A DNA stretch of 62,837 bases, counting the filler, from Choristocarpus tenellus KU-1152 (taxonomy: Eukaryota > Protista > Phaeophyceae): the NCBI GenBank assembly GCA_964200185.2. It is 14 parts of 14 records of this genome, joined end to end, with 100 filler letters (N's around TTAATTAATTAA, not from the genome) between each part and the next. Parts side by side here need not be neighbours in the genome. Positions count along the whole stretch, not along the records: positions 1 to 4,613 come from CAXNAD020013796.1; positions 4,714 to 7,301 come from CAXNAD020026500.1; positions 7,402 to 11,759 come from CAXNAD020014938.1; positions 11,860 to 18,514 come from CAXNAD020007642.1; 10 more parts are not named here. The stretch is one strand, 5' to 3'. The notes under the pieces are model-generated. The model ran no database searches. It was not told where the DNA came from and was given only the letters and a program-made list of their open reading frames with translations. Of this stretch, positions 1 through 13,184 are shown piece after piece (within the stretch, counting starts at the first letter, position 1; each line of letters starts with the position of its first letter). The position numbers and the translations under genes were made by a program.

Positions 1-3000
1 CCCCTTCCAACTTGGTTCCCTTCCCCCCCTGTTTGGCCCAAGTTGTGCCCCCTACCATCATTCATTTTTCCCCCCCCCCCCCCCTCCCCCCCCGCCTCCT
101 GCATTGTTGCCATCGCTTCTTTTTTATTCCATTTTTGCTTTGACTTCCAGGCCGTGAACAGTACTGTGCAAAGTTTCACTCTCAGGAGCTCAGGGGGATT
201 GCTCATTGTGAGGCAACCCAAAAGTTGGCTACCTGTGGAGATGGGTGTGTCAAGCTGATTGACATGAGGGACTGGCGGGTAAGTATAGGAGCACAGCAAT
301 GTTGTGTTTATCAATGTTTTGTTAATCTTGTGGCAAGGACAACATTGGTGCATTGTAATTGGTCACATCTCATACACCACTGGTGCCATGGTGGTCTGTT
401 TGATCACAGAGAGGAACTTTTGTGAGGCTCCACCTGCACTATTTGGTCTGACCCTGGAAAACCCTTGTGCTTAGGTTGTGTTTCCATGCCTTGGGAGGCG
501 GAGTTGTCCGTCACTGTTGTCGGCGAAATTTTTCCTGCAGGACCCTAACCCACCAGCATATTTTGCATCTGTCTACCCTTTGATGTATCATCTTGACAAT
601 GGTGCTGTGTGCAGTGTTGGGGGGTTGATTCTATCCACGCTCCTGACCTGCGAGAGATCAAGACGCATTGCCTTGCCAAGGAAGCTGGACAGCTGGACAG
701 CCTTAGCCTCACCGAAAACGGAAGGTGGGGCCATGCTTGTTGGTTTGGTCTCTTTTAGTGTCAAAGGAATACTTGTCTCTGTATTTTTTTTTGTGATAGT
801 GACAGGGGGAGTTACTCTACTAGATTTCCCCTTGACAAATCATATTTACTACTACGGAGCCGTAGTAGTAGGGCTCATCTTCAGTGAGGTGAACTTGTCT
901 TCCGGTGCTAGAAGGTGCACTCTCATGCACCACATGACTCCTATTGTAAGTTTCATTTATGATGGCAATGTAGAAATACATTGTATTACAGTCTCCCCAA
1001 GGTGTCACCCGGTGGGTTCAGTGCTGTATGAGTTGACGTCAGTGTAGTCAAGTTGGCATCATTAGGTGGACAATGGGAGGGAGAGAGAGAGAGAGCTATA
1101 CATTCATTCCCCCACTTGTCTTGATTCCCACTAGCCGAAGGAATTACACACAAGTTTTTGACAATATACTGAATGCAGCAACACTTTGTTTTTGAAGGAT
1201 GGACTTGGGAGAGGAGGGGACTGGAATGAAGTGTAAAGGTCAACAAGGCATATTATTATCGTACTATGTTGCAATCCTAGAGTGTCGCCAGGAAAGTGTG
1301 ATGTTCTTGTAGTGTTGATTGGCAGAATGGGGTGAAATATGTTGCTAAGGTGTGGGGTATTTTAGGGTCACAGTGTGACTTTTTATTCAGAGGGGTTTAT
1401 ATTGGGTGTGTGTGATTGACCCTCTATGTACGGCTCCTAGATTGTTCTTGTTTTTAGACATCACTCAACCTATCACTTCATTATATAAGTCAGTTGACTG
1501 TTTGTGCATGACCACACTTGAGGTACACTGTACCCTGACTCCGTGACTGAGAATCTGCACATTCTCTCGACCATCCCCACCCTCAGAAGTCCCCCTGACT
1601 GCTAAACACAGTAATGATACTTGGTTGGAATAGAGGTAACAGAAAACGTGTATACGGTAAGAAAAATCTGGGAGAAATAAGTTAAGTTTCAATCAGAGAT
1701 CGCGCTTTTAGCTGCCTCTCAGCAGGGAAGGCAGGCGCTATGGAACATTTAATGCTCTTTGCTGTCCCATGTTTCCCCCAGTAGTTGTAACCTCCACCTC
1801 TGCAATAAAATTTTATTCACCCCCCTCCCCTCCGCCTTTATGCTTTCATATTTGACTGTCTGGGAATGCTGTGGTGTTCACCTTCCTCTCTCTCCATGCT
1901 GCAAAATGTAGATTGCTTGGGGTCAGCTCTTGCAGTGGGTGTTTGTACACATTTGTGGTTCGATCAGGCGTGGGTGATGTGGTACACCTGTATCCCCACT
2001 CTGGCCTTGCCTTGGCGCTGAGACCACTGCCTCTATTGCATGCATTGGTTGTAGGGTCAGGGGCTGTCTTTGGAGTTATTGCAATGCTGGCCGTGCTGCT
2101 GGGAGTACCTATAGAAGATATGGCCTGGGCTATTATTCATAGGACCTACGGAGGGGGGAGGATGGTAGAGGCATTGTAGTGTATGTAAGGGAAGTATTGT
2201 ACATCACACTTTGGCATTTGTGTGTATGGCAAAGGGTGCCAGAATATCCTTCTTGGAAGGCAAGAGGCTGTGCCTTAGTGCCAAGAGGGGGTGATTTGAG
2301 GTTCAGACTGTATGGTGATGATTGATATATGTGTATTGATACCCGCAAATAACATTAACAAATAACTTTGTTCACTCTCTCGGATTTGTCCAAAAACATT
2401 TATTTTTTTTTGTAAGCCTTGATATTGAGATACCTTTCCTGGTTTTGTGGCGTATTCATGCTGTTGGTGTAGAGTAGATGATAGCAGCACGTTGCATCCC
2501 CCTTTTTTGAGGAGGTGGACCTGTCCTGTGAAAGGCTGGCCTTGAGACGAGCAAGAAGAATGACACTCAAGTACTCCTGTGCTGTATTTATGGTATGTGT
2601 TTGTGCTGTGTTCAACAGAGCTAACTAAGCATGATGTAATACCTTTGATTTCAACTGCTGTTCTCGATAGTACAGTATTTGCTACGAACTTGTTGGTACC
2701 AGGTACATCTTGTACCTTCCATTCACATGTAAACCTTGGGGTGGTGCATGGTGGTCCAAGCCTTATGGTGTAGTACATGGTTATGGTGGTGCGCACTGCA
2801 ACACCCATTGAGCATGTCTGCACTGATCATTGTTTGTTAACTGCAGTCATAGAGGGTGGATGTATCCAGGGTGTCAAATGGTCAAGGTCAAGGTGGGTAT
2901 ATAGATGTTGTGACTTTGAGTGTCAGTATCACTTCGCTTCCATCCAAACCAAACGCCGTTCCAAGCCTGGGTACTGATTCCTCAGACCGCACAGAAAAAA

Positions 3001-4376
3001 ACACAAAATTATTTTTGCCAATTATTATTTCGCTAAGGTGGAACCATCTTGGAGAAGAAGCATGTTGGCAGTCCTTTGATTGTCTCCCAAGTAAATCCTT
3101 AGTCTACTTTGAGCACAAAAATGGCGTGAGAGCTGGTTGCATCAGGGGCTGATTAAATAGATGAAAAATATGTTGAACCCTTGGCAGCTCACAAGGCCGG
3201 CTGGCCAGAGCTGCTGATCGTTTGGTCAGTGCATGCCATGCTGCTCTCCAGACTCACTGCAGGTTTTTAATGCCTGAAATGATCAGGAATTGGTTTGTTT
3301 CCCTTCAATGGACTCCATAGGTGCAACTATGCTGCAAGTAGGGAGAGTATGTGAGTATCATTTGATTCATATTGCAGTGCGTCAACCATAGCAGATTTGT
3401 GTGTGTGCCAAAGTGGTGGTTACAGTTTACATTGAGGCATTTGAAATCTCATGCAAGGTGCTAGTGCCTCTTTTATCCCTTCTCCCTTGTTGTGTAACCT
3501 CCCTGTACCAGCCAAACCCTGTGTTGACCATGTTACACCCCCCTAAATACCTTTTGCCATTACAAAGATGTCTTTGTAGGCAGGAAAGTGATAATGATCA
3601 GAAAATATGTGTTTCGGAATTCCCCCTTGATTAGACTGCTTGGGTCTAGTGCATACATTATTATCGAGTAATATGGAAGTTCTTGAGGCTGCCCCTCAAT
3701 GCTGGCATGAAGCGTAAGGGTCTTGTCATTGCTACTGCTGCTGCTACTGCCTGTGATGTAGTCGAGATTAGCTTTGTAGCCTTGTACTGAACTAGAATGC
3801 ACAATACAGTAATACAGAAAAATAATTCAACTGCAAGTTGCTATCTGATCTCATGTGGAAATTATCTCAAACTACCTGGAATTCGTTGGTGCTATCCTAG
3901 GGAGGCACTTCGAAATTGAAGTATATATTTGGCAGAGTTTAGAATACTCCAAGGGAGAGTGTTTTGTTCTTGTGTAGCGTTCAGTATGTGCCAGTGTGCT
4001 GGTTTTGAAAGCTAAATTTTTAATCAATTTCAATTTTTCTACTACTTGCTTCGATCACACTAGAAAATTACTCAGTGCCAACTCTCTTAATGTTTCCTTT
4101 GGATCAATACTGCCTCCTGAGTTGGCCTCTCTGCAGTAAATTCATATATATATATATATATATTTATTTATTTATTTATTTATTTTTTATCCTCGGTGCA
4201 ACTAAGTACATCATCCCATGCATCACAACATCAGTCCCACTGAACTCTTGAAAAAGAAAAAAAACTGGCCTCGCTAGCCTTGGCCAAGCATTTTGGCAGT
4301 TACATACTTCAAAGTACATACATACAACAACATAATATTGTATCTCTATGTCTCTCTATGTATGAATGCATGCCTT

Positions 4377-4613
4377 TTATATTCTCGCTGAAGCTCCCTC
4401 GACCCTTGGTCTCGATACTGCCGCAGTGGTTGGTCGAACCAGTTCCCCGCCATGCTGCCTTTCATCAGCCTTTGACACGCCCTCGTCTATGAAGACCACT
4501 CCATTCTCATCAGCTGCAAGTTCGTCTGCTGTGTAGACGCGGTGGGCTTGACAGGCAATTATCTTGGGGTCATTTGTGAAGAGGATCGCCTGTGCGGGTT
4601 CAAAGGGCAGGAG
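4377..4613 (-). CDS. Probable terminal coding exon of an unidentified gene, cut by the contig end
   Basis: Stop-free 78-codon frame LLPFEPAQAILFTNDPKIIACQAHRVYTADELAADENGVVFIDEGVSKADERQHGGELVRPTTAAVSRPRVEGASARI* with protein-like composition, followed by AT-rich UTR-like sequence. Family not recognised. Confidence 0.5.
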   Translation of the reverse strand, partial: LLPFEPAQAILFTNDPKIIACQAHRVYTADELAADENGVVFIDEGVSKADERQHGGELVRPTTAAVSRPRVEGASARI

Positions 4614-4713
4614 NNNNNNNNNNNNNNNNNNNNNNNNNNNNNNNNNNNNNNNNNNNNTTAATTAATTAANNNNNNNNNNNNNNNNNNNNNNNNNNNNNNN
4701 NNNNNNNNNNNNN
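4614..4713. other. Artificial contig linker (N44-TTAATTAATTAA-N44), first of 13
   Basis: Identical 100-bp spacer with stops in all six frames. It also occurs at 7302, 11760, 18515, 24920, 29279, 35546, 39683, 42581, 48358, 51483, 54112 and 58517, defining 14 unlinked contigs. Confidence 0.99.
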
Positions 4714-7233
4714 CAACCCTGCCTGTCCAATACGCCGATCTGCGTTTATCTATTTTCTCGTGCAAGTTGTTGGACTTGTAATACATCGCAAGAGAAGAGC
4801 AGGGAGAGAGAGAATAAGGCCACAACAGCCCGGGGCTAAAATATAGTTTTAAAAAATCTTGCATCAAATAAAATATAAGAAAACATCAGGTTTTTGAATT
4901 TGCTGCTCGCTTAAAGGACACACCACATCTGTGCATGTGACGTTTGTGAGTTTCATCTTATACGAGCCAAGCAAGGTAGTGCTGCTCTAGGAGCTGGGAC
5001 ATGCCCTTCAGAATTAAGTCCCGCGTTCTGGATCCATAGGCATTTCCATCGGCGGACGGGTGGGTTGTTGTTCTTGGAATGTTGGACATGGCAAAGATTG
5101 GGAGGGTGTGATGGGGATGGGTAAGTAAGAGGTCTGTGTGGTATCTACGGAAGGGAATGAATTGAAATGAGGACTGAGGGATGGGAGGTGCTGTTTTACG
5201 TCGTCTGGTCTGTCGATCCTCAAAACTCAGATTTCACCATTTTTATGAGAATTGTGTTACAAAAATACGAATATCAAACAGCATACGATTTCATATTGAA
5301 CTGAAAGTATCTATATTTTTGTGACCTTTTCGTTTCGTACGTTTCAAACGTATAAGATCAATGAAGGATGTGGTTTGTATTTGTATTTGTTGGTGTAAAG
5401 ATTAGAATATCATTATACTTTTGTAAGAACCCTAACGCACGTGTTTTGGGTGTTCAATGGTAATCAAGATTAGCGCTAATCTTGAATACCATAGATCCGC
5501 TTTTTTGTGGTCTCTAGTGTTTATTTAAATCATAAAGACGCCAAAAAGCAGATTTAGTATTTAAATAAAAAATGGGCACCAGTTGGAAAGACTTCTTTTA
5601 GTTTCTGAAAATTGGAAACGTGTGAGACCCACAAAGTGCGTTCTTGGTATTTTAAAAAACCCTAAGAACAGTCTTTAGTGGATTTACTAGTTAAAAAAAC
5701 ATTAACGCACGTGTAAAGTGGATCTTTGGGTATTCGTGTTTAGCGCTAATAACTTTTAACCAAAGAAGCACTTCTTATCGACTCCAAAGTTTATGACAAT
5801 CGATATGTCCGATTTGGTAAGATTTTGTACTTCAAATACGTAGAGGGTTAGAGTTGTTTTTTGACGTTTTGGTTACAGTAAATTGGAAAAATACAAGATC
5901 ACTTAGGTATGTTATTGGTATCTTGAAAAATACAAATCACTAATATAATTATATTTTTTAAAAGTAGAAATCACGGATATAATCGGATCTACAACTTCCA
6001 AAAAATGTAACACACGTATTTTCAGGATCGGTTGACAAATCTGCAAAACGACACAAGGCATAACAACATTGCGTCAAAACAACTGAGCGGTAGGCAGGTT
6101 TGCTGTTAAGGATCCCGAGAAAGGGGAAAAAAATGTCATTGGAGCTTTTGCTGGATTTTGGTGTCACTTTTTGTGTGGAAAGGGAGAGTTTCATATACAT
6201 ACTTCCAAGTATATAATATATACACGTGTACAATACTAGGTAGTACCAAAGATGCCAGACGTAGGCTGCTTTGACCCTTGCCTGCTTGCTATAGAGAATT
6301 TGCTCTGTTTGACGTCCTTGATCGCTTTGTTGATAAATCGTGATGACGGATATCGGAATACCTCCAATGCTAATAGTTGATTACCAATACACCCAGAGAA
6401 CACAATGAAATTGGGCCTGCCCCTGTGATTCTTGAAGGGGAATCCTCCCGACTGGTCCTTCCTGATCGGGTGTGATTTATAAGAACTGAGTGGGTTCCTC
6501 CCACAAAGGTGGACCTGGCTTTGGATTGAATCCGCCCCATTTCACACCCTTGATGCTGCAAGAAAATGGAAGGAGTGGCTGAGCAAATTCTACCTCGTGA
6601 CTCCAAAGTCTACAGGCTTCCATTTTGCAGTTTTATGGTTGGCTCATCGCCAAGGCTGGCATGGTGTCTGGTGTTGGACTGAATGCTTGGCTTGGTCGAG
6701 TGGATCGCATCATCATCCGATCCAAAATATAAGAAATTAATAGGGCTTTCCACAAGAGATAAAAGGCGTTCCGGAACTTCCAAAAACTTCCATGTCTACC
6801 AGACGAATTGTCCAGAAATCTCGACCATGAACTCTCACCTCATATCTTCAAGAAGTAGATTAGTACATGTGTGGTGAGGTTTTCGGTTATCATGGCGTTA
6901 TTGCCATATGCCATACACCGTCATATTGTTTGATGTTCCTTATCATGAACCCTGTACGCACGTGGAGAGAATTCAGTGAGACCGAGTCTGCGGAATCTCT
7001 TCAAGACACCAGCCTCACAGGTGTTGAATTGTATCACAAGTACTACACTACATCATCACCACTTACTAGATGTTACACCTCGTTATGGACACTGGAGAAG
7101 ATAATGAAGGTAGCAGGCTCGGCAGGGGCGACGGACCTTTTTGAGGGAGGGTGTAACAATGAGTCTCTTCGCCTGGAGATCCACCAACAAGTACGGTCAC
7201 AGATCCCCACAAGTGCAATTGGGTTGAGTCTCT

Positions 7234-7301
7234 GACCCAAAGTATCTGGGAGGGGGGGGGGATCTATACCAAGGGGTTCCTTTTGACCAAAATCAAGGAA
7301 A
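7234..7301 (-). mobile_element. MITE family B end (contig edge)
   Basis: GACCCAAAGTATCTGGGAG + G-run + ATCTATACC. Confidence 0.85.
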
Positions 7302-7401
7302 NNNNNNNNNNNNNNNNNNNNNNNNNNNNNNNNNNNNNNNNNNNNTTAATTAATTAANNNNNNNNNNNNNNNNNNNNNNNNNNNNNNNNNNNNNNNNNNN
7401 N

Positions 7402-7455
7402 TTGGATTTTGACCCCCAAATGGACGCGGCGCTACCCTCTAAGATACATTGGCTC
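7402..7455 (+). mobile_element. MITE family A, right end (contig edge)
   Basis: CCCCAAATGGACGCGGC..TACCCTCTAAGATACATTGGCTC. Confidence 0.9.
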
Positions 7456-7651
7456 ATTGACTTTCCCCCTCAAATATCAACAATGTGTCAGAGGGCATTA
7501 AATATGTATCATTAGTACCCTTGTTAAAGAGTTTTTCATACAGTCATTTTTTTTTTTCGCACCCTACCGTTTCACCATCTCCATCACTAACGCATACACT
7601 ACCACGACAAGATCAACAATCATAGTCTCATTCACAACACAATTAGATTTA

Positions 7652-7965
7652 TCTAGACGTGTCATGCGTTTTAAGCTGGAGACACCAGGGAGATGGGGAA
7701 GGAAGGAGGGGAATATTAGATTCTGGGAATGCTGTCCTAGCTCTTCACCCTGGGGTGCAGGGCTAGGCTAGATCGGAGGCCCAGGAGGGCAGCGGTGTAG
7801 CATAGCTGGTAGTAAAATAGTAAATAGATGATAGAATAATGTCTTTCACATTTACGACAACTGTTACTTTTTTAGGGGTTCTGACTTTTGAATGGTTTTC
7901 ATTGATTTTTCCCCTGACACCTCTGCAAAATCTCAAAATGTTAGAGGGCATAATAATATGAATCA
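7652..7965 (+). repeat. Dispersed repeat family E (uninterrupted copy)
   Basis: Collinear blocks TCTAGACGTGTCATGCGTTTTAA, CATTTACGACA, GTTTTCATT and CAAAATGT.AGAGGGCATAA are shared with 29471-30155, which carries the solo LTR. Confidence 0.75.
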
Positions 7966-9367
7966 AAGTAAAGTGCATCTACCTGTGGCCGACTAAGTAG
8001 CAGGTGCTGGAAGTAGTAGAATAATATATTATGTGCAGGTGGAATTAGATAGGTTACTCTATTTACGATAGCACATGAAGAACACTACTACGACGACTTC
8101 CAGGTTCTTTTTGTAGGTCATTTGGTTGCAGGCTATTTCAGGCTATTTCAATGCTCGCCGCTAACTAGAGTACTTTTCCCACTGCTGGAACTCTCTCAGA
8201 GCCACCTCCTGCAGCGGGATTAATTTAGATACTGGTTCTGTTTAGTCCACTAAACCTTTGCCATTGTGACATGGAGGTTCCGTGGGCTGTGCCAGTGATA
8301 CCCATCCCGTTGTCATTGTTGACCATACTCACTGGGCCTCTTATAAAATACACTTGAGGAGGAAGGTATCGTGGTCGTTGCTGCGAGTATTGAGTATCTT
8401 GTGGGTTCATGCTCTCGACATGCAAACCCATACAGTAAATTCCGGATTAATAGTAGAAAATGTTGGCAGTAGAGGACTCTAGGGCTATAGGTGCTACCAT
8501 GTCTCTCAGCGCAAACTACTACACTTTTGTCAGTCATAGATCTAAGGCTTGGGGTTAGGGTCTGTATGTCATGTAAAAAAAAGAAAGAACAATGATTTGA
8601 AGCACCAGTAATGATTCAGTAGTGCACTCCAAATTTGCAAAAACAATTCAGCAATTTGAGAGGCATTAACTGGGTCTGAACCGGCACCTGAACTTGCTCT
8701 GGATAGTGGACACTGTAAAACACTGCTATTTGCCGTTGAAGGTCAGTTCTGCTAGATTTTGAGTGGTGTAGAGGAATACATTTAATCTGGTAAGACAAAG
8801 TGCGTACTAGAAGCAGTAGTTTCACATAATAAAACAGGCTGCCGATCTTTGTGCAACATACTAGGGAAACATAAAGAGAGTCTTGTAGAGGATGAGCTAT
8901 TGCCACTAACAGATGGATTGGGGAAGTTGCGGTTTGCGCACCCTGATCAATCCCCTTAACATGTCCCTGGTCACTACACTAGGGCTCATTTGTCGACAAT
9001 CTCGCCAAAATGGTATTTGCAAGAGAGGTTGACGTCCAGACCCAAGTTTGAGCTCATTGTAGTGATGACTGAGCTCGACAACAGTATCAACAATTGCACT
9101 CTGCGAACATTCCTCTCCTGGATGGATAGCACTTGGTTGTGGTATTAGGCTGCAGTTCTTGTTTAACACTTGGCTATACCATGTAGGGACAGCTTGATCA
9201 TTCATTCATTGACGTTAGGGCATGAACAACATAGAGTGACTTCCTAGGCATTTCTCTTGACGAATGATGTGAGAGATTACTACGCAATAAAATAAATAAG
9301 TAACATGCAAAATAACAGATGTAACTTTCTCATTAGACAACTTGCACCCTTCCAAAGATCATTGTCA

Positions 9368-9616
9368 TCAAACAGCAACTCTGTTGATCACATTATCCCG
9401 TGGGGTTGAAATATCTGCCACGAAGGCGTTTCCATGGCAGGACACCAGGTCTTTTACAGAGATGCCTAACTTTAGGAGGGGGTGTCCACCCCCAAACCAC
9501 ACAAAGGAAGGGCTCAGGGACAAAAGAGCCTCTGAAACCACCACTGGCATCCCCTCCACAGAGCTGCCGAATGGACTCACTCCATTGTGAGGGAACCCTG
9601 TCAGCGAGAGGCCAAC
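9368..9616 (-). CDS. YbaK/ProX domain protein, last exon
   Basis: CAG|VGLSLTGFPHNGVSPFG...MPVVVSEALL...VWFGGGHPLLKLGIS...AFVADISTPR...*; contains the TG-x4-VSPFG and GGG motifs of the YbaK fold. Confidence 0.9.
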   Translation of the reverse strand, partial: VGLSLTGFPHNGVSPFGSSVEGMPVVVSEALLSLSPSFVWFGGGHPLLKLGISVKDLVSCHGNAFVADISTPRDNVINRVAV

Positions 9617-10052
9617 CTGTGTGAGTGAGCAATGAACAATCCCGGTGGTCAGGGGAGGTATTGCAGATGCTCAAATCGCTTCTCATTGTGGGACGTTATT
9701 GCCTATATTACAAACAAGAAGAACAAGACTGCAATCTTCTTTCACACACATGCAAGTTGCTCGTCACCATCTCTTGCTGCTTGAAAACAGTGATCTGAAA
9801 CACCAATCATGTGGGGTCGAGGGTACATGATATGGGTTCTTTCACAACAGAGTGAGTCCACTTGGCAATCAAAAACGATGTTTAGTGTAGTGTTGGATCA
9901 ATGGGATCGCCTGGCCTTGCAACCCTTCGATCTCAACATGGCTCCCAGCTTTACTGTGGCAGTTGTACAGCATCTCTCTTCTTCTAGGAGTCCTCCACCT
10001 ATCTGTCTATCCATCCGCCCCTTCATTCTCCCACTCACTCCAGAAAACTTAC

Positions 10053-10217
10053 CTCCTCAGAAGCCACTTGCAGGTTGAATTTACCTCGGGGTAAGCGCTG
10101 CTTAACAGGCTTCAACCCCATTACAGCCCCAGTCAGTTTGCCTGCGCTGAGCCTGGACACATACTGCAGCACCACCATGTAGTACTTGCTGTTGAGAGGA
10201 TCAGAACAGTCGTTCTG
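10053..10217 (-). CDS. YbaK/ProX domain protein, exon
   Basis: CAG|QNDCSDPLNSKYYMVVLQYVSRLSAGKL...GKFNLQVASEE|GTAAGT; tandem CAGCAG acceptor, so the start could be 10214. Confidence 0.9.
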
Positions 10218-10840
10218 CTGACATGCCATGGCAAGACAAGAGGGTCCACCAGGGTAAGCACAAGCAGTATGGGTTGTATCATATGTGGAGCTTCGTAGGG
10301 CTCGAGTAGGTGATGGTTTGCCCATGCTTGTCTGGTGAGGGGGTTCTACTCTGTTGAGAGGGAGAAAATTATCCAGAAAATTCTCACCTGCAAATGACTA
10401 AAGTGGAATTTGATTTGATTCTGATTTGAGCACCAGCTTCCAATCAATTACAGTTCAAGAGGACTAAATGATAACGTATCAAAAATGTGGACAGTCTCTG
10501 GTAGAGTTTAATGAGACCATGATCAAGTCTGGGCCACTACAGTAGTGACTACTCGGAGCGCTTGACCACACCAACATCAGTACAGACCTCTATCTCCAGC
10601 TTCAAGCCCGAAAAGGTTAGCACTGGAGTTGTTTTCCTCAGTGTTTGGTGCTCTACTTCACCTGCACAGCAGCTCAAGGCTTGCCATCAAGCCACCTCCA
10701 AGCCCAGCAAATAACAGTCTGTACCATGGCAAAACAATCCTGAAAAAAATGTTTTTTCTCTTGCTACATGTGATCATACTCTAGTCAAAATAGGTTCAAA
10801 CAAAGTTCAGCCCAGAAGGCCCCCCACTGTGTTCACCCAC

Positions 10841-10954
10841 CCTTGTGCACTCCTTGTTCTCCATGACCATAGTCTTGCACAGTTGTTCTGACCGGCAGCC
10901 AAGAATAGCTGATCGTTCTTCTAGGGATTGGTCATAGTAGTCTGCAGGAACCCA
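10841..10954 (-). CDS. YbaK/ProX domain protein, exon
   Basis: CAG|WVPADYYDQSLEERSAILGCRSEQLCKTMVMENKECTR|GT. VPxDYY and LCKxxxMEN are motifs of the eukaryotic YbaK-like family; phase 0/0. Confidence 0.9.
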
Positions 10955-11482
10955 CTGCACCGTATATATAGTAAAAAGGTGACAATGGAGTTTGGGTTTG
11001 CCAGAGCAATTAGTTAGAGTAAACACTAACTGTACATCAACACAGTTGCAGCTGGTATGCACAGGATGGTACCACTATGCTTAGGTCATAATGCGACAAG
11101 AGGACCAGATTGGTCCAATTTACATCAAAAATCGGAGTGGAGACCTTTGGTGGTGTAGAAAGAAAACTGGGAATGGGCAGTTGGTATTGGTTGTGGATGA
11201 TAGTGTCCTTGACAGGAACCACATTGGCTATTTGGGAAGTACACTGGAAGCCTGGCAAGGCCCTATATCATTCCAAGTGCAGCTGTGAGGTGTCACAGAT
11301 GATATGCATTGGTTGCAACCACTGCTGAGCTTGGCAGAAAAAGATGGTGGAAAGGTCTCTCCACGGAAAAGTACAACGCAGACTCTACTCCCAACAAAAT
11401 GCGGACTAGCAGATTTTCCGTCATTGATTGTGGCAACAACACCTATATCGCAAGCATGTGGTACAATCTTCAAAAGGAGTAC

Positions 11483-11608
11483 CTTGAACCTAGAGCTGAA
11501 AGCCATGGTGTGATCACAATGCTGCTTCACTCGTTCCACAGGGTTGGTTAGATCAGGACTGTCACCCCTGAGACCCCTCTTGATGGCTTCTACCCTCACT
11601 GTCAACAG
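11483..11608 (-). CDS. YbaK/ProX (aminoacyl-tRNA editing) domain protein, exon (first recovered)
   Basis: TAG acceptor after a pyrimidine tract; 42 codons LLTVRVEAIK...AFSSRFK; GT donor in phase 0, joining in frame to WVPADYY. Confidence 0.75.
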
Positions 11609-11870
11609 CTAGTTTGCCACAAGGAGAAAATAGTTGGAAGGAGGCAATACGGGGGGGGGGGGGAACACGTGGCATGATGGAGAACTGGCCTCTCAACGGT
11701 GAATGGCGTGACACAAAAAAGAGATTCTAAGAAAGGTCTTGAGAAGCGTCTGATAAGGTNNNNNNNNNNNNNNNNNNNNNNNNNNNNNNNNNNNNNNNNN
11801 NNNTTAATTAATTAANNNNNNNNNNNNNNNNNNNNNNNNNNNNNNNNNNNNNNNNNNNNGGGGGACGTAC

Positions 11871-12067
11871 CTGTACAGCCCCAGAGTGATTACGATCACC
11901 ACCGCAGGCGTTGTGCTCAAGACGGAGACTAGCAACGAACGCAGGGTGGTGGAGCGTCTGAGAATGGAAAGTTCGTTGTTGTGTATCCCCTCCACCCTTT
12001 CTCGAAAAGGTGTTTCCCAGTTGTAGAACTTTATTGCACGGATACCCTGAAGCATCTCGTTCACCAC
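11871..12067 (-). CDS. ABCC/MRP transporter exon
   Basis: AAG|VVNEMLQGIRAIKFYNWETPFRERVEGIHNNEL...TLGLY|GTACGT; NExLxGIxxIKxYxWE is an ABCC signature. Confidence 0.93.
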
Positions 12068-12496
12068 CTTGAAAAGGCGTTAGTGATTATTGGTTATTGG
12101 ATATTAGTTAGTATTAGTTAATGGGCATTGATTCTTGTTAGTTGCTGGATATTAGTTACTGCATATTAGTTATTGGATATTAATTGCTGTGTATTAGTTA
12201 CAGGATATTAGTTGTTATTGGTTCCTGGATATTAGTTAATATTAGTTACTGGATATTAATTATTATTAGTTATTAGATATTAATTATTAGGCAAATAAAA
12301 CAACAGGGATTAGGGTTAGGGTTAGGGTTATACCTACAACACACACACAAAGGGAAATGGGTTGTCAAAGACAAAAGGGGCTAACTCTGCGGGAAGTAAC
12401 TTAGACACTCCTTACAATAATAAAATGTCCAATTAAAAATTATTATTATTATTATACTTGTACCTCCACACGTCACTTGTACGGAGACAACAGAGA

Positions 12497-12775
12497 GATA
12501 TCGTTATTATTATTTATATTAATAAGATATTATTATTTATATTAATAAGACATTGATATTATTATTTATATTAATAAGATATCGACATTATTATTTATAT
12601 TAATAAGATATCGACATTATTATTTATATTAATAAGATATCGATATCATTTTTTTTATTAATAAGATATCGATATCATTATTTTTATTAATAAGATATCG
12701 ATATTATTATTTTTATTAGTAAGAGATCGATATTATTATTTTATTAATAAGATACTGATATTATTTTTATTAAAT
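12497..12775. repeat. Intronic minisatellite, about 29-bp unit
   Basis: About 10 copies of GATATCGAYATTATTATTTATATTAATAA. Confidence 0.9.
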
Positions 12776-13184
12776 GTTTCTCACGGCATTGGTCATCGAT
12801 CAGTAAATTAAAAAAATCTCACAAGAAACTGAAGTATACATAGCAATGATTCCAGTGGTAAACAGGTCAATGGCCAGAGAGGTACAACATGCTGTCAACA
12901 CACAGTCAACACACAACACTATACCACAATAATAGATCAAGTACACCCACAAGGAAGGAAGGCAGTCAGGCGTGTCACATGTCAAATAGCAATCGATTGC
13001 TCATTTTAGTAATATATATATATATATATATTTTAGCAGTGTCCTCTGAACACTTTATTTTTAAAAAGTAATACAGAGACATCCTAATTCATACTCTGCA
13101 CATACACAAAAGGTATATACCTGAAAGATACTTGACTCTTTTAATGATAAAAATAAATAAATAGTACCGCGTAATCCTCGATGG

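Noticed and set aside
478-1047. 189-aa ORF (and the 182-aa ORF at 2275-2823)
   Set aside because: No recognisable motif or splice structure; probably antisense or decayed TE sequence.
4658-4669. Recurrent TTAATTAATTAA between N-runs and ORFs ending in ...XXXLIN
   Set aside because: Assembly linker with six-frame stops; not biological and not a CRISPR-like repeat.
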